Below, piece by piece: positions 1 to 10,483 of a stretch of 64,000 bases of DNA. The translations under genes and the position numbers were made by a program. Source of the stretch: Sulfolobales archaeon (lineage in GTDB: Archaea > Thermoproteota > Thermoprotei_A > Sulfolobales > AG1). The notes under the pieces are model-generated. The model had not been told where the DNA came from, ran no database searches, and was given only the letters and a program-made list of their open reading frames with translations. Numbering within the stretch: the stretch's first letter is position 1; each line of letters begins with the position of its first letter. The stretch lies in contig JAWBYA010000001.1 in the NCBI GenBank assembly GCA_038867615.1, forward strand, positions 1 through 64,000. The letters are read 5' to 3'.

Positions 1-120
1 ATTGTTGGGCGGCATTCCAGTGAAATATAAGAGCTTATATAAGGTTACATTACTGCAGAACCTCGAGTTTAATATCAACCCCTATAAACCATCATGAAAT
101 CTGAAACAGCTGGCTATGGC
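1..120 (-). mobile_element. Family-1 TnpB-derived MITE, left part (copy A, truncated by window start)
   Basis: Reverse complement GCCATAGCCAGCTGTTTCAGATTTCATGATGGTTTATAGGGG...GTAACCTTATATAAGCTCTTATATTTCACTGGAATGCCGCCCAACAAT is near-identical to 8967-9086 and 20279-20397. Confidence 0.9.
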
Positions 121-744
121 TTATTCGCGAAGTATGAGTATCGAGAAACCTCTATAGAGTATGAGGGCAGCGAAGATCAACATGACCGAGACAGAGAAGA
201 TCTTTATTGCTAGTGCTGCAACTCCCTTGCCATACATATAGCCTGTCCTTATTGCTAGAGGGAATGTTAGGATCCATATTAATATGGCTATGAAAAGCCC
301 TAGGATCGACCCGAATCCGAATAGATCCATGAAGGAGAGACCCGCCGAAAGCCACCAGAGGATCTGGTAAGGGTTAGTCATGCCGAGAGCAAGTGCTGAT
401 AGAAAGGAGACTACCGAGCCAACCTTATTGCCCTTATCTCTTCTATCAGCATTGTTATCCACCCTAGCCCTTAGGATCCATAGGGCTAGTATGATCATGT
501 AGACTCCTCCTGCTAAATATACAGGCACAAGTGATAGGCTCTTTATAAAGCCATAGGCTGTGTATGTGAGGATCATGAAGATAAGATCAGCTGTCATAGC
601 ACCAAGGCCTGTTAGAAAACCCTCTCTATATGAATATAGAGATCTGCTAGCTATGAGAGCGTTCATCGGACCGGGTGGAACAGCCAGTGAGAAGCCATAT
701 AGAAGGCCTGATACAAACCCGAACAGAGGATCGGTTAGAGGCAT
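121..744 (-). CDS. LysE/RhtB family amino-acid exporter
   Basis: N-terminal 'SLAVPPGPMN' and 'NPY..LWW' motifs, about 6 hydrophobic segments. Confidence 0.85.
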   Translation of the reverse strand: MPLTDPLFGFVSGLLYGFSLAVPPGPMNALIASRSLYSYREGFLTGLGAMTADLIFMILTYTAYGFIKSLSLVPVYLAGGVYMIILALWILRARVDNNADRRDKGNKVGSVVSFLSALALGMTNPYQILWWLSAGLSFMDLFGFGSILGLFIAILIWILTFPLAIRTGYMYGKGVAALAIKIFSVSVMLIFAALILYRGFSILILRE

Positions 745-750
745 TTATAA

Positions 751-2142
751 TCACCTGTAGTGTTCCATTCTAGATAGCCTCACCGTTTGTCCCTGGATGT
801 TCATTCCAATCATTTTATATTCATTCATGGTCTCATCCAGGGACTTCAACCTCGCCCACAGGGATCTTTTTATCCCCGTGGGTTCATGGGCTGCCGTCGA
901 GCCCAACGGCATGGGGCTCCCATCTAGGATTAGCCCTGGGTGGCTTGGAGCGCTGCTCCCATCACCACCCAGGGCTTTTAACAATAAATTATAGCATGCA
1001 ACGACATCCCTATGCCATTTCTCCCTACCTAGCGAGCATATACCTATTCTCGAGCCGTTATATTTTATTTCTGATCTATGTATTGGGCATTGCTTAGATG
1101 TATTCCTAGGATTAACATAGATTACTGGGACGCTGTGTTCTTTAGCCTTCTCCTCAATGGCTCTCTGGATGCCTTTAAACGCTGCTTGGAAGATCCTGTG
1201 TCTTAATTGCTCATCCCTAATCCTGGAGATCATGTTCTCAGCAGGCTTATCGCCGAGATCCTCGAGAACAACACCATATCCATGTTTTAATGCCTCTCTA
1301 ACGATTATGTTCGCTACCTTCCATCTGGTATTGTCTTTCTTTTCTTCCTCCCTAAGCTTCCTCAAGATCTTCCTCTTAGCACGGCATCTAGCATCGTAGA
1401 TCTTATCGTATTTCTCCTGAACCCTCTTCCTCCTATAATAATAGCCAAGTGTTATTTTCTCAATATTTGTTTCAAATAGATATACCTTTCTGTTTATAAG
1501 CACTGCTACATTATTCTCATTAACATCCACAGCTATATAACCACTAGGCTTATATAACCTAACATCCTTTCTAAAAATGAGATATATGATCAACCTTCTT
1601 TCCTTTCTATCAAGCTTTATCCTTGCCTCAGAAGCTAATCTCCAGCCGGAGTTGATATATTTATAGAATTGCTTGTGAGGAACTAGATCTACCTTGATCA
1701 ATCCTCTATGCGTTGATATAGCTATCCTTGTTAAGCCCTCAAGCCTCCATAGGTGGTCGTCAAGCCATATTGAGATCCTCTTAACACTTGGGTATTCCTT
1801 ATCTGTTGATCCCTCTTTCTTTAGTTTTAGGAAGCTCTTAACCCTCGTGGATGCGTCCTGGCATGCCGTGTGAACATAGTGTGATGGTAAATGTGGATAG
1901 AGGTTACGCATCTCCCTATATTTTAAAGCCCTAAGCTTTATGAAAGATTTTATCCCCTCCCTAGCAGAGTATATTACTAGCTGCTCATCAGTATTCCTAT
2001 ACATACCCTCAAGCTCTACAAAAACCCTGAACAGCTTCTTAGAAATCCTCTCAGACCTAACAATAACAGTCCTCGTAACAATCAAAGCATCTTCTTCGTC
2101 ATTAGTAAGCGCTAGGGATGCTTGTGGGAAGCAGCCCACCAA
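751..2142 (-). CDS. tnpB: RNA-guided endonuclease TnpB (family 2), catalytic D/E/D intact
   Basis: RuvC-I 'YIAVDVNENN', RuvC-II 'VVLEDL', 'NTSKQCPIH', RuvC-III 'WHRDVVACYNL'; start codon uncertain; ORF reads through the element right end. Confidence 0.9.
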   Translation of the reverse strand: MVGCFPQASLALTNDEEDALIVTRTVIVRSERISKKLFRVFVELEGMYRNTDEQLVIYSAREGIKSFIKLRALKYREMRNLYPHLPSHYVHTACQDASTRVKSFLKLKKEGSTDKEYPSVKRISIWLDDHLWRLEGLTRIAISTHRGLIKVDLVPHKQFYKYINSGWRLASEARIKLDRKERRLIIYLIFRKDVRLYKPSGYIAVDVNENNVAVLINRKVYLFETNIEKITLGYYYRRKRVQEKYDKIYDARCRAKRKILRKLREEEKKDNTRWKVANIIVREALKHGYGVVLEDLGDKPAENMISRIRDEQLRHRIFQAAFKGIQRAIEEKAKEHSVPVIYVNPRNTSKQCPIHRSEIKYNGSRIGICSLGREKWHRDVVACYNLLLKALGGDGSSAPSHPGLILDGSPMPLGSTAAHEPTGIKRSLWARLKSLDETMNEYKMIGMNIQGQTVRLSRMEHYR

Positions 2143-2282
2143 AACATGCTTAGCAAGGGCCTTATAAATTTTTCCCTATAGCATCAATAGAGAAACAGCC
2201 CATTAGATATACTGCCTCTAATACCCATAAAAATTTCCAAAATCTATCAATTACCCCTATGGATATCAAAAAGAAAACAGCC
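783..2282 (-). mobile_element. Family-2 TnpB-only IS element (IS607/IS605-like, no transposase gene)
   Basis: Left end GGG|CTGTTTTCTTTTTGATAT at about 2282 and right end GTCCCTGGAT...ATCCAGGGACAAACGG at about 783; both ends shared with MITEs at 10697-11036 and 46862-47184. Confidence 0.85.
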
Positions 2283-2286
2283 CTTC

Positions 2287-3420
2287 TTAGCCCTTCTTAG
2301 CCTCTCTCAACACGTCATCCACCTCTACCGCTGCTCTTTTTTTCTCAACAACGGCTCTTAAGGCATAGTAATGGGCAGGGATTTGGAAAGAATACCTCAT
2401 ACCTATCCACGGCTCGGCCGGGATCCTGGAGAGCCTTGTAGTGGCTATGTGCATAGGTATCAGTATATCGCTCTTTACTAGGTAGTATACAGCCCAGCTA
2501 TTGCCTAGATTATCTAGATCCTCTATAATCCTACCCATCTCAAGCAAGGTTTTATCAATACCACCATACCTCCTTATAGAACGAAACACGGCTTTTCTGA
2601 GGCTCCTTATCACCACAAGCTCAACCCACTTCTCAAGCCCGAGGGTCTTTATCTTTATAAGGGCCCTGGGATTTCCTCCAGCAAGTCTCCAAAGAAGATC
2701 TCTATCAAGATCTATGCCCAGCTGGTCTGCAAGATTATCTGACGCCTCTCTAGGGAGATTCCAGATCAGGGACCAAGTTATACCGAGATCCATATCGCCA
2801 GCAACGCCTCTCCAAACCTCTCTAATAAGGGCACCACCAACCATGATTATAAGGGATATACCCCTACCACCTCCCTCGATATGCATCCTATGATCACGCT
2901 CTATGGTTCTATAGAGCCTCTCAAGCCTCCTCCTAAATAGCCTCACACCTTTGAGCGTACCCACCCTGATACCGTCTAGTATAATAACCACATCTCTACC
3001 GCTACCGCTATATTTCCTAGCCATATAGCCTGACAATATATTGATGAGATCGAGTGCACGTATAGAGCCTATAACCCTCCCATAATGATCCACATCGAAA
3101 CCAAACCACCTACCAGCCTCTCTAACAAGGGCTAACAAACCCCTCGAAGCTAGGATCTCCCTAGCCCCCAAACTACCCTCCCCAGAGCTGACAAACACCA
3201 TGTTAGTGTTGAGGCCCAAGCTACCCACAGACCCCATCAAAACCCTGAGGAGAGTTGTTTTCCCACAACCCCGGGGACCGTAGAGCATAGTTACATAGCC
3301 CGGAAATACAGGGATCCTGCTAAAGATCCTGGATACTTCTACCTCTCTATCTGTGAACACAACTCCTTCTTCAAACCCCTCAATCATGATCCTTTGCCTC
3401 TCCATATGCTCAAGCACCAT
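2287..3420 (-). CDS. Archaeal AAA-type ATPase (ATPase_2-like)
   Basis: 'FTDREVE', Walker A 'GPRGCGKT', 'GGNPRAL'; Walker B reads 'ILDG'; start uncertain (ORF open to 3540). Confidence 0.75.
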   Translation of the reverse strand: MVLEHMERQRIMIEGFEEGVVFTDREVEVSRIFSRIPVFPGYVTMLYGPRGCGKTTLLRVLMGSVGSLGLNTNMVFVSSGEGSLGAREILASRGLLALVREAGRWFGFDVDHYGRVIGSIRALDLINILSGYMARKYSGSGRDVVIILDGIRVGTLKGVRLFRRRLERLYRTIERDHRMHIEGGGRGISLIIMVGGALIREVWRGVAGDMDLGITWSLIWNLPREASDNLADQLGIDLDRDLLWRLAGGNPRALIKIKTLGLEKWVELVVIRSLRKAVFRSIRRYGGIDKTLLEMGRIIEDLDNLGNSWAVYYLVKSDILIPMHIATTRLSRIPAEPWIGMRYSFQIPAHYYALRAVVEKKRAAVEVDDVLREAKKG

Positions 3421-3629
3421 GTTAACCGAGGCTCCCGTCATACCAAGCACTTCTATATTCACATAACAGTCGTAAGGAATATTAATCCCAACAAAGTCCT
3501 GATTCTCACACGGATCCGTATGTTTGTGGTCAAAATGCAACAGATCGTGGAGAAAACTCTAAGTAGATAAACAATGCTAAACTACATATAGCCTTGGGCT
3601 TTGTTTTTAAGAACGTATGCGAATTGAGT

Positions 3630-4616
3630 ATGATAGATACTATGACAAGCAAAGCTGTCGAAGCCCACGATCTTGTAAAGAGGTATGTAACAAAGAAGAG
3701 GAAAGGCTTATTCGGAGGAGAGAGGGTTTATATAGATGCGTTGAGAGGGATTAGCTTCTCATTCGATAGAGGCTCCGTATTCGGCCTCCTAGGCCCCAAC
3801 GGGGCTGGGAAAACAACTACGGTGAAGATCCTAGCCACAGTGCTCACACCAGACTCTGGGGATGCATATATAAACGGCTACTCAGTTGTCAAAGAGCCTG
3901 AGAGGGTTAGGGAGAACCTCGGAGTGGTGTTCTCCGTAGATAAGGGCTTCTATGGGAGGCTGACTGGTTTTGAGAATCTAGTATACTATGGCATGCTCTA
4001 TGGCATGAGTAGAAGCGATGCTTCTAGAAAGGCTGCTGAGCTACTCGAGCTAGTAGATCTCAGCGACTCTAGGCATAGACTGTATGAGGAGTATAGCTTA
4101 GGAATGAGGGCAAGGCTTGCAGTGGCCAAAGCCCTTATACATGACCCAGATGTTGTTATACTCGATGAACCCACAATAGGTCTCGACCCTGTCTCGTCGA
4201 GAAAGATCAGGGACGTGCTTTTAAGACTAGCTAGGAGTGGAAGATCTATAATGATCACCACCCATAATATGTGGGAAGCAGAGATCATGTGTGACAGGGT
4301 GGCTATAATATACAAAGGCAAGATAGCTGTTGAAGGCAGGCCTGATGATCTAAAGGAAAGGCTGAACGGGAGGAGATATATAGAGGTTGAGCTTCTAGAA
4401 AACCCCCAGGGATCTCTTAACGGTGCAGAGATCATCATGAGTGGTGGGAACACATATATAGCTAGGATCGAGGCTGGGGTAGATATGGCTAGATCGCTTG
4501 AAGAGATCCTCAAGCAGGCTAAAGAGAAGGGATTAAGGGTAGCATCGATCAGGGTTAAGGAGCCAAGCCTAGAGGATGTGTTTGTAGAGGTGGTTGGGGA
4601 TTCATCGAAGATCTAG
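3630..4616 (+). CDS. ABC transporter ATP-binding subunit (DrrA-like exporter)
   Basis: 'GPNGAGKTT', signature 'YSLGM', 'LDEPT', C-terminal 'EPSLEDVF'. Confidence 0.92.
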   Translation: MIDTMTSKAVEAHDLVKRYVTKKRKGLFGGERVYIDALRGISFSFDRGSVFGLLGPNGAGKTTTVKILATVLTPDSGDAYINGYSVVKEPERVRENLGVVFSVDKGFYGRLTGFENLVYYGMLYGMSRSDASRKAAELLELVDLSDSRHRLYEEYSLGMRARLAVAKALIHDPDVVILDEPTIGLDPVSSRKIRDVLLRLARSGRSIMITTHNMWEAEIMCDRVAIIYKGKIAVEGRPDDLKERLNGRRYIEVELLENPQGSLNGAEIIMSGGNTYIARIEAGVDMARSLEEILKQAKEKGLRVASIRVKEPSLEDVFVEVVGDSSKI

Positions 4617-5409
4617 GCTGAGCCCTATAGTAGCAGTTGTTGAGGCCGAGGTTAAGGAATTTATACTCAGGGACATGGTATCGATACTAGCAGTGGTTGG
4701 GCTAACATACCTCTTCATAGCCCTTATAGCCCTGGCAGGCCTCGCAATAGGCAGAGATCCGAGCGGGTTTAGATCAATAACGGGGTATAGCGATCCGCTC
4801 TCATACCAATCCATAGGAGCCTCTATAGTTGTTATAAGCATGATCATAATCTCCTCCATGGGGCAGTATATAAATTCAGCCTCAATTAGCGGAAGGCTTG
4901 AATCATTGTTAGCAGCTCCTGTTAGGATCTCGACTGTTGTTATTGCCACAAGCATACCCATGATAATATTCGGCTTGATCACATTCACACTATCATCGCT
5001 ACCGATTGTGTATAAGGCTATCTCAAGCTATGGCCTCCACGTGGTCTTAATAGCCACAGCTATCCTGGGGCTTGGTATGATACCTATCTTCGTGCTAGGA
5101 CTTCTAATCTCACTAGCTATAGCAAAGATAGGCTCCCCAATAGCGCTCAACCTAGCCCAGGCCGTTATATTCACATTCTCAGGCTCTCTATACCCAGTAA
5201 CCATATTGCCAGAGATCCTTGGGTTCTTCTCGAAATCCCTCCCAATCATATATATAGCCGATTCCCTCAGATCCCTCCTCATAACAGGAAACCCGGATCT
5301 TGGGGGAATCCCAACCCTGCTGCTCATAACCATAGCTTACGGATCTATCGGCGGTTTTCTATATAGAAGATTCTCGAGAACTCTGAGATCAGGTGGTGCC
5401 CTTGCCTAG
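4594..5409 (+). CDS. ABC-2 type permease
   Basis: Multi-TM, 'FSGSLYP', overlaps the ATPase gene. Confidence 0.8.
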   Translation: MGIHRRSRLSPIVAVVEAEVKEFILRDMVSILAVVGLTYLFIALIALAGLAIGRDPSGFRSITGYSDPLSYQSIGASIVVISMIIISSMGQYINSASISGRLESLLAAPVRISTVVIATSIPMIIFGLITFTLSSLPIVYKAISSYGLHVVLIATAILGLGMIPIFVLGLLISLAIAKIGSPIALNLAQAVIFTFSGSLYPVTILPEILGFFSKSLPIIYIADSLRSLLITGNPDLGGIPTLLLITIAYGSIGGFLYRRFSRTLRSGGALA

Positions 5410-6202
5410 AAACACAAGCAACCCTATCCATACTATAGTATTAGCAGAGATCTGGAGAGCGATCAGGGTGAGCTTTAGGGGCTTCGATGCGTTCATAGAG
5501 GTTGTCTCATCAGTAATATTCATACTAGGCATAACACTCACAATAGCTGTGCAGAACCCCTCTATATTGAGAGACCCACATGGGGTTAGCGGTATTTCCT
5601 GGGGTGTTATAGTGTTTATAATGATCTCGGATAAGCTCTGGATCTTGGGGCATAGTCTGGAGCGTGAGAAGAGGGGCAAGATACTTGAGAATATACTTGC
5701 AACCAACACACCCCTATGGATCCACATCCTCTCCCAAATGCCAGCAGCTATGGTATGGACCCTGGCATCGCTAGCTATAGCCTCCCTCACAGTATTCCCC
5801 ATGCTGGGTGTCAACCCGGTACCAGCGGATCCCTTGATATTCATAGCAGGCTATGTGTTATCTGAAACCATGGCCTCGGGGATCGCCCTCATATATAGCA
5901 TCGCTGTAATGGTAATGAGAAGACCGTGGGTAGCGACCAACGCACTCCAATTCGTGCTTCCAGTTATATCTGGGATGATCCCTTACACCTATGCTCCCCA
6001 ATATCTCAGGGAAATCATGTCGGTAAACCCCCTCTCATACCCTATAGAGATGCTGAGGAGAGGGGCTACTGGGATCAATTATATGCCTATAGATCCTCAT
6101 CTAATGATGATATATTCGCTATCAGGGATCGCTGCTATATATATTGTAGCGATAGTTCTCACAAACCACATATCACAGAGGCTTAGGAGAACCTCTATAT
6201 AG
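5393..6202 (+). CDS. ABC-2 type permease
   Basis: 'EREKRGKILE', 'NPLSY..E.LR', multi-TM, same operon. Confidence 0.8.
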   Translation: MVPLPRNTSNPIHTIVLAEIWRAIRVSFRGFDAFIEVVSSVIFILGITLTIAVQNPSILRDPHGVSGISWGVIVFIMISDKLWILGHSLEREKRGKILENILATNTPLWIHILSQMPAAMVWTLASLAIASLTVFPMLGVNPVPADPLIFIAGYVLSETMASGIALIYSIAVMVMRRPWVATNALQFVLPVISGMIPYTYAPQYLREIMSVNPLSYPIEMLRRGATGINYMPIDPHLMMIYSLSGIAAIYIVAIVLTNHISQRLRRTSI

Positions 6203-6223
6203 TTAAAAACTAATATTCCGACA

Positions 6224-6781
6224 CTAGACCCTCTTCCTAGCGAAAAGCTTTGTAGGGGCAACTCTATAGAAAACCCTGCCAGCACTGTGAAGAAGTAGGT
6301 TAGCCTTGCTAAGATCTAGACCCCACTCATCAGCAATACCCTCGAGAACCCTTACCAAGAGGATCTCGAAGATATAGAGCATAACCTCGCCCACAGGATA
6401 TTTACCCATTACTCTGCCCTCGAGGATTGCTAGAGAACCTTGGAGCCCTGGTGGTTTGATCTTAACGCTTGGTACTAGCTCCACCGAGAACTTCCCAACC
6501 TTATCGACAGATCTTCCCGATACAGAGCCTAGATCATATACCAACTGAATCTGTGTGTCGCTAGCAACATTTATAGTAGCCTCGCCATGGTATTCTAGAC
6601 ACTCATATGTATATGTGGTTCTATCAACAGCAATAGCAACCGTAGGCGGCTCCTCACTCACAGGAGTATTCCAGCTAGCTGGCATTAGATTTACTCTCCC
6701 ATTCTTACAAAGCGTACCAAGAACCACTGTTGGTCTCGGGTGGAGAGGCCTGTAGAACTTCCCTTTGTACTCGATATACAT
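6224..6781 (-). CDS. Flavin reductase-like (flavoredoxin family) protein
   Basis: 'PRPTVV', 'NLMPASW', 'GSVSGRSVDK' motifs. Confidence 0.85.
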   Translation of the reverse strand: MYIEYKGKFYRPLHPRPTVVLGTLCKNGRVNLMPASWNTPVSEEPPTVAIAVDRTTYTYECLEYHGEATINVASDTQIQLVYDLGSVSGRSVDKVGKFSVELVPSVKIKPPGLQGSLAILEGRVMGKYPVGEVMLYIFEILLVRVLEGIADEWGLDLSKANLLLHSAGRVFYRVAPTKLFARKRV

Positions 6782-6820
6782 TCACAACACCGTGTTTTTC
6801 TCCACAACACAGGTATAAGT

Positions 6821-7927
6821 CTATCTAGGAGATCCTCCTTGCATATGGCTTCCAAGGATCTCTAGGATCTCGTCTGAGAGCTCCTTGAGATCCTCTGTAG
6901 ATATGCCACCCATAGTCCCTATTCTTATTAGCCTCTCTTTATCCTCACCAAGGCCCGGGGCTATAATATATCCCTTTTTCTCCAGCATATCTACCAACAT
7001 GCTTGCATTAAGATCCTTGCTATTTACTCTGAACACGGCAACAGTGTTGGATCTATGGTCTTGAGAGCCTATCAAGGGGCTTATAGCCTCGTTATTAAGC
7101 CTTCTGTAGAGTATCGATGCCCTCTCCCTATGGATCTCTATGCTCTTCTCAACACCGATCCTCAAGATCCTGTCCAAAGCACCATCAAGAGCGTACATAA
7201 GGCTTATGGCTGGTGTGAAGGGCGTCGATCCCTTAGCTATGCTTTCAACGTACATAGATAGATCTAGATATCTTGGTGGAGGATGCTCCCTAGAGATCTT
7301 GCCCACACGGCCAACCATATCCTCGGGAAGCATAACGAAAGACACGCCTGGAAACGAGCCAAGAGCCTTGTGGGAGCACGAGGCTATAGCTCCAAGACCC
7401 CTCCAATATACTAGCTCCTCACCCCCGAGAGATGACACAGCATCGACAAGAACCCTAGATCCTAGCGATTCTGCTAGTCCTGCAAGAGCCCTCAGCTCCT
7501 GAAACCTATGCCCCTTGCTCGTCTCAACATGGGCTACAGCTATCCAGTCTATCTTCTCTCTAGAGACGAGATCCTCTACCAAGCCAAGATCTACAGGCTC
7601 TCCAGGGTTTCTCCTAACAACAAATACCCTGGCACCTCTTCTACTAGCACTCTCAACAAGCCTATCACCAAACACACCATAGCTTATAACAAGCACACCG
7701 TCTCCCGGAGCAACAATACTATAGATCATAGCCTCTGTAGCTAGTGTTCCACTCCCACTTAAAAGCACCGAAACACCATCGAGTTTTACGAGCTTTGAGA
7801 GCTTCTCCGAGACACTTGCTAAGAGTTTCTTAAACTCCACAGACCTGTGGCTTATCATGGGTCTCTGTAAGGCTTCTAAAGCCTCTCTATAGGGCTCAAC
7901 AGGCCCTGGGGTGAAGATCCTCTGCAT
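6821..7927 (-). CDS. Class V PLP aminotransferase (serine-pyruvate/alanine-glyoxylate type)
   Basis: 'FTPGP', 'HVETS', 'DAVSS', PLP Lys 'SHKAL', 'RIGTMG'; co-oriented with serA-like gene. Confidence 0.88.
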   Translation of the reverse strand: MQRIFTPGPVEPYREALEALQRPMISHRSVEFKKLLASVSEKLSKLVKLDGVSVLLSGSGTLATEAMIYSIVAPGDGVLVISYGVFGDRLVESASRRGARVFVVRRNPGEPVDLGLVEDLVSREKIDWIAVAHVETSKGHRFQELRALAGLAESLGSRVLVDAVSSLGGEELVYWRGLGAIASCSHKALGSFPGVSFVMLPEDMVGRVGKISREHPPPRYLDLSMYVESIAKGSTPFTPAISLMYALDGALDRILRIGVEKSIEIHRERASILYRRLNNEAISPLIGSQDHRSNTVAVFRVNSKDLNASMLVDMLEKKGYIIAPGLGEDKERLIRIGTMGGISTEDLKELSDEILEILGSHMQGGSPR

Positions 7928-7928
7928 T

Positions 7929-8873
7929 CTAACCAAACCTCTTCAGTATCTCGTTAAGAGCTATTAAGGCTCCCCTCTCCTGGGCCTCGTGTGTCTGGAA
8001 CCCTATGTGTGGTGTAGGGATCACTTTGGGGTGTTTAACCAAGATCTCTTCAACGCTTCCCCTCTCTGGAGGCTCTCTATCAAACACATCGAGAGCTGCA
8101 CAGCTAACCCTACCACTCTCAAGAGCCTCTAGAAGAGCCTCAGGATCTATAACCCCTCCTCTTGAAGTGTTTATAAACACACAGCCATTCTTGAGCATTG
8201 AGAACTCTCTTTTTGAGAACATCCTTCTAGTAGTGTTGTTAAGGGGTACGTGGAGCGAGATGTAGTCACATAGGGGTAGCATTGAGTATAGATCTCTATA
8301 AAGCGTAACACCGAGTTTAGAGGCCTTATCGCTCAGATCCAGGATATCGTTCGCAACAACAACCATCCCCAGGGATTTTGCCAGCTGTGCTACTCTAGAT
8401 CCTATCCTCCCGAGCCCAACTATACATAGCGTCTTTCCATAGAGTTCCGAACCCATTGGTCTCTCCCACAAGCCCTTCTTAACTTTATCAACAACCTCAT
8501 AGAGACTACGTGCACACATGATCATCAAACCTAGTGCTAGTTCAGCGGTAGATATTATTGGAGCCTCGGGTGTGTTGATAACCTCTATACCTCTTTTAGA
8601 AGCCTCTTCCAGATCTATGTTATCAAGTCCGATCCCGACCCTCACTATAAGTCTCAACCTGCCGGCTTTCTCAAACATCTCTCCTCCAATTCTATGCCTG
8701 CTCCTAACTATGAGAATGTCGTAGTGACCAACTATGTTTACAAGATCCCTATACTCGATCCCGGGTCTGTAGGTAACATCAAAGCCTTTCTCGATAAGGC
8801 TCTCTACAAGTGTTTTTGAAACCGCATCTACTATTAGAATTCTAGCCTTCTTCTCGACGACAAACGAAACCAC
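7929..8873 (-). CDS. serA: D-3-phosphoglycerate / D-2-hydroxyacid dehydrogenase
   Basis: 'GIGLDNID', 'GLGRIG', 'NTSRG', 'TPHIG'. Confidence 0.8.
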   Translation of the reverse strand: MVSFVVEKKARILIVDAVSKTLVESLIEKGFDVTYRPGIEYRDLVNIVGHYDILIVRSRHRIGGEMFEKAGRLRLIVRVGIGLDNIDLEEASKRGIEVINTPEAPIISTAELALGLMIMCARSLYEVVDKVKKGLWERPMGSELYGKTLCIVGLGRIGSRVAQLAKSLGMVVVANDILDLSDKASKLGVTLYRDLYSMLPLCDYISLHVPLNNTTRRMFSKREFSMLKNGCVFINTSRGGVIDPEALLEALESGRVSCAALDVFDREPPERGSVEEILVKHPKVIPTPHIGFQTHEAQERGALIALNEILKRFG

Positions 8874-8966
8874 CGCAATAGCTATTTGTAAACATCCTTA
8901 TAAATATTTTCCTACGCATGGTTATCTACGAGTCTCGATTCCCCATAGAGCAGTCCCAGCTTTATC

Positions 8967-9312
8967 GTCGTAGCCAACTGTTTCGGGTTCCATGATGGTT
9001 TATAGGGGTTTATATTAAACCCGGGTTCTGCAGTAATGTAACCTTATATAAGCTCTTATATTTCACTGGGATGCCGCCCAACAATGATTGTAGAGATATG
9101 GATTCGAGTGGGCGGGGTAAAGGCAAAGAGAGCCAGGATGAGTTTTTCTACAGCTATGAGTCAGAGGTAAACTATGAAGGGGAGCTGTGGGTTGGGGTTT
9201 CTCTGGACGGGTAGAGGCCAATGATAAGAACCCCGATGAAAGGAGCCCTGAGGCCCACGAAGCCAAGGAAAGAGTGGTTGATAGAGAAGAGCCACGATGA
9301 AACCTGAACCCC
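8967..9312 (+). mobile_element. Family-1 MITE (copy B): left end, promoter, omegaRNA-like scaffold
   Basis: GTCGTAGCCAACTGTTTCGGG ... TTATATAA (9044-9051) ... GAAACCTGAACCCC; 3' part homologous to 12510-12700. Confidence 0.88.
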
Positions 9313-9355
9313 GCTTTTATCCTTCCATAGGGATCTAGATGCTGAGAGAAATACA

Positions 9356-10483
9356 TTGAGGGTTCTTCTGAGCAGGGCTTCCTGGGATGAGTATGTTGAT
9401 AAAGACCTGTCACAGCTATACATAGGGCTCTTAAGGATTAACAAGATCTATAACGAGGTTAGGAAAGATCCAGAGCAATATAGATCGTTCCTCCTAGGCG
9501 TTATAGGGGGTAGGAGTGTTGGCCATTCACAGAGGATTATGAAGATTATGGGGAATCTCTTCGGGATCCGTGTATCTGGTGCTAGAGAAGCCCTGAGGCT
9601 GGTGGCAAGCGGTGTTCCGCTTGATAGCGCCTCAAAGGATGTTTCATTCAGCTTTAGCGATAGAACAGGTTTTAGAAACCTTGTAGAGGTATCAATACTC
9701 TCTCTAGAATCGATCCTGAAAGATGCTTCGAGAGACCTTGCTAGGATCACTGAAGAGGTCGAGAAGATCGTTATGAGAGATCTCGCAGCTTTAAAGAGCG
9801 ACCCCCTACATATTGTTAAGATCCTGGGTGGCGTTGCATCAGCAAGCACGAGAATAATGCCTCTGAGAAACCCCCATAGCCTCGTTATAGCATCCCTCAC
9901 TGGGATCCCGGTATCTGTTTTCAAAAAACTCTTTGGGGATCCTGGAGAGCTTGTGAAAGCCTCCGGAGGTATTATAGATCCCCAGGTTGTTTTGCCGCTC
10001 GACGAGGAGGATCTATCCGTGATATCGCTCAAACAAGGATCGATCGGAGAGAAAATAGCATATGTTATAGAGAACGCATATAAAATCCACTCTATGATTA
10101 GGAAGACCTGTAGATACTATATACACGGCGAGGATGAAAAGCTACTCCACATGGTTGTAATGACGCCAGAGGCTAGGAGGATTGCCGGTAACATAGGGAT
10201 AGATCTAGGTGTTGAGAGACTCTTAATAAGATCCGCTAGAAAGATCTCAGAACCACATCCAGATATAGCCATTATAAAGGGAACAGCTATAGTAAAACCA
10301 AGCATGTGTAGGGCAAGCCTAGGCAGTGGTATCGAAACCGATTGCCGCAGATTGCTAGAATACCTAGGATTAAAGGTAGGCCTTGGAACTGGGAGAATAT
10401 CTATTATTGGTAGGCCTGAGAGGAGAGTAAGGATCGTGTGGTGGGTATCTATAGAACGCGCCAAACTCAAGGAGGCAGTGTGA
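9356..10483 (+). CDS. Hypothetical protein; 5' end possibly cut by MITE B
   Basis: 375-aa ORF with host-like codon usage; frame open back to the MITE right end. Confidence 0.65.
   Translation: MRVLLSRASWDEYVDKDLSQLYIGLLRINKIYNEVRKDPEQYRSFLLGVIGGRSVGHSQRIMKIMGNLFGIRVSGAREALRLVASGVPLDSASKDVSFSFSDRTGFRNLVEVSILSLESILKDASRDLARITEEVEKIVMRDLAALKSDPLHIVKILGGVASASTRIMPLRNPHSLVIASLTGIPVSVFKKLFGDPGELVKASGGIIDPQVVLPLDEEDLSVISLKQGSIGEKIAYVIENAYKIHSMIRKTCRYYIHGEDEKLLHMVVMTPEARRIAGNIGIDLGVERLLIRSARKISEPHPDIAIIKGTAIVKPSMCRASLGSGIETDCRRLLEYLGLKVGLGTGRISIIGRPERRVRIVWWVSIERAKLKEAV

Noticed and set aside
14-26. TTCCAGTGAAAT resembling an origin recognition box
   Set aside because: One base short of the ORB core, no G-string, lies inside a MITE, and no cdc6 nearby
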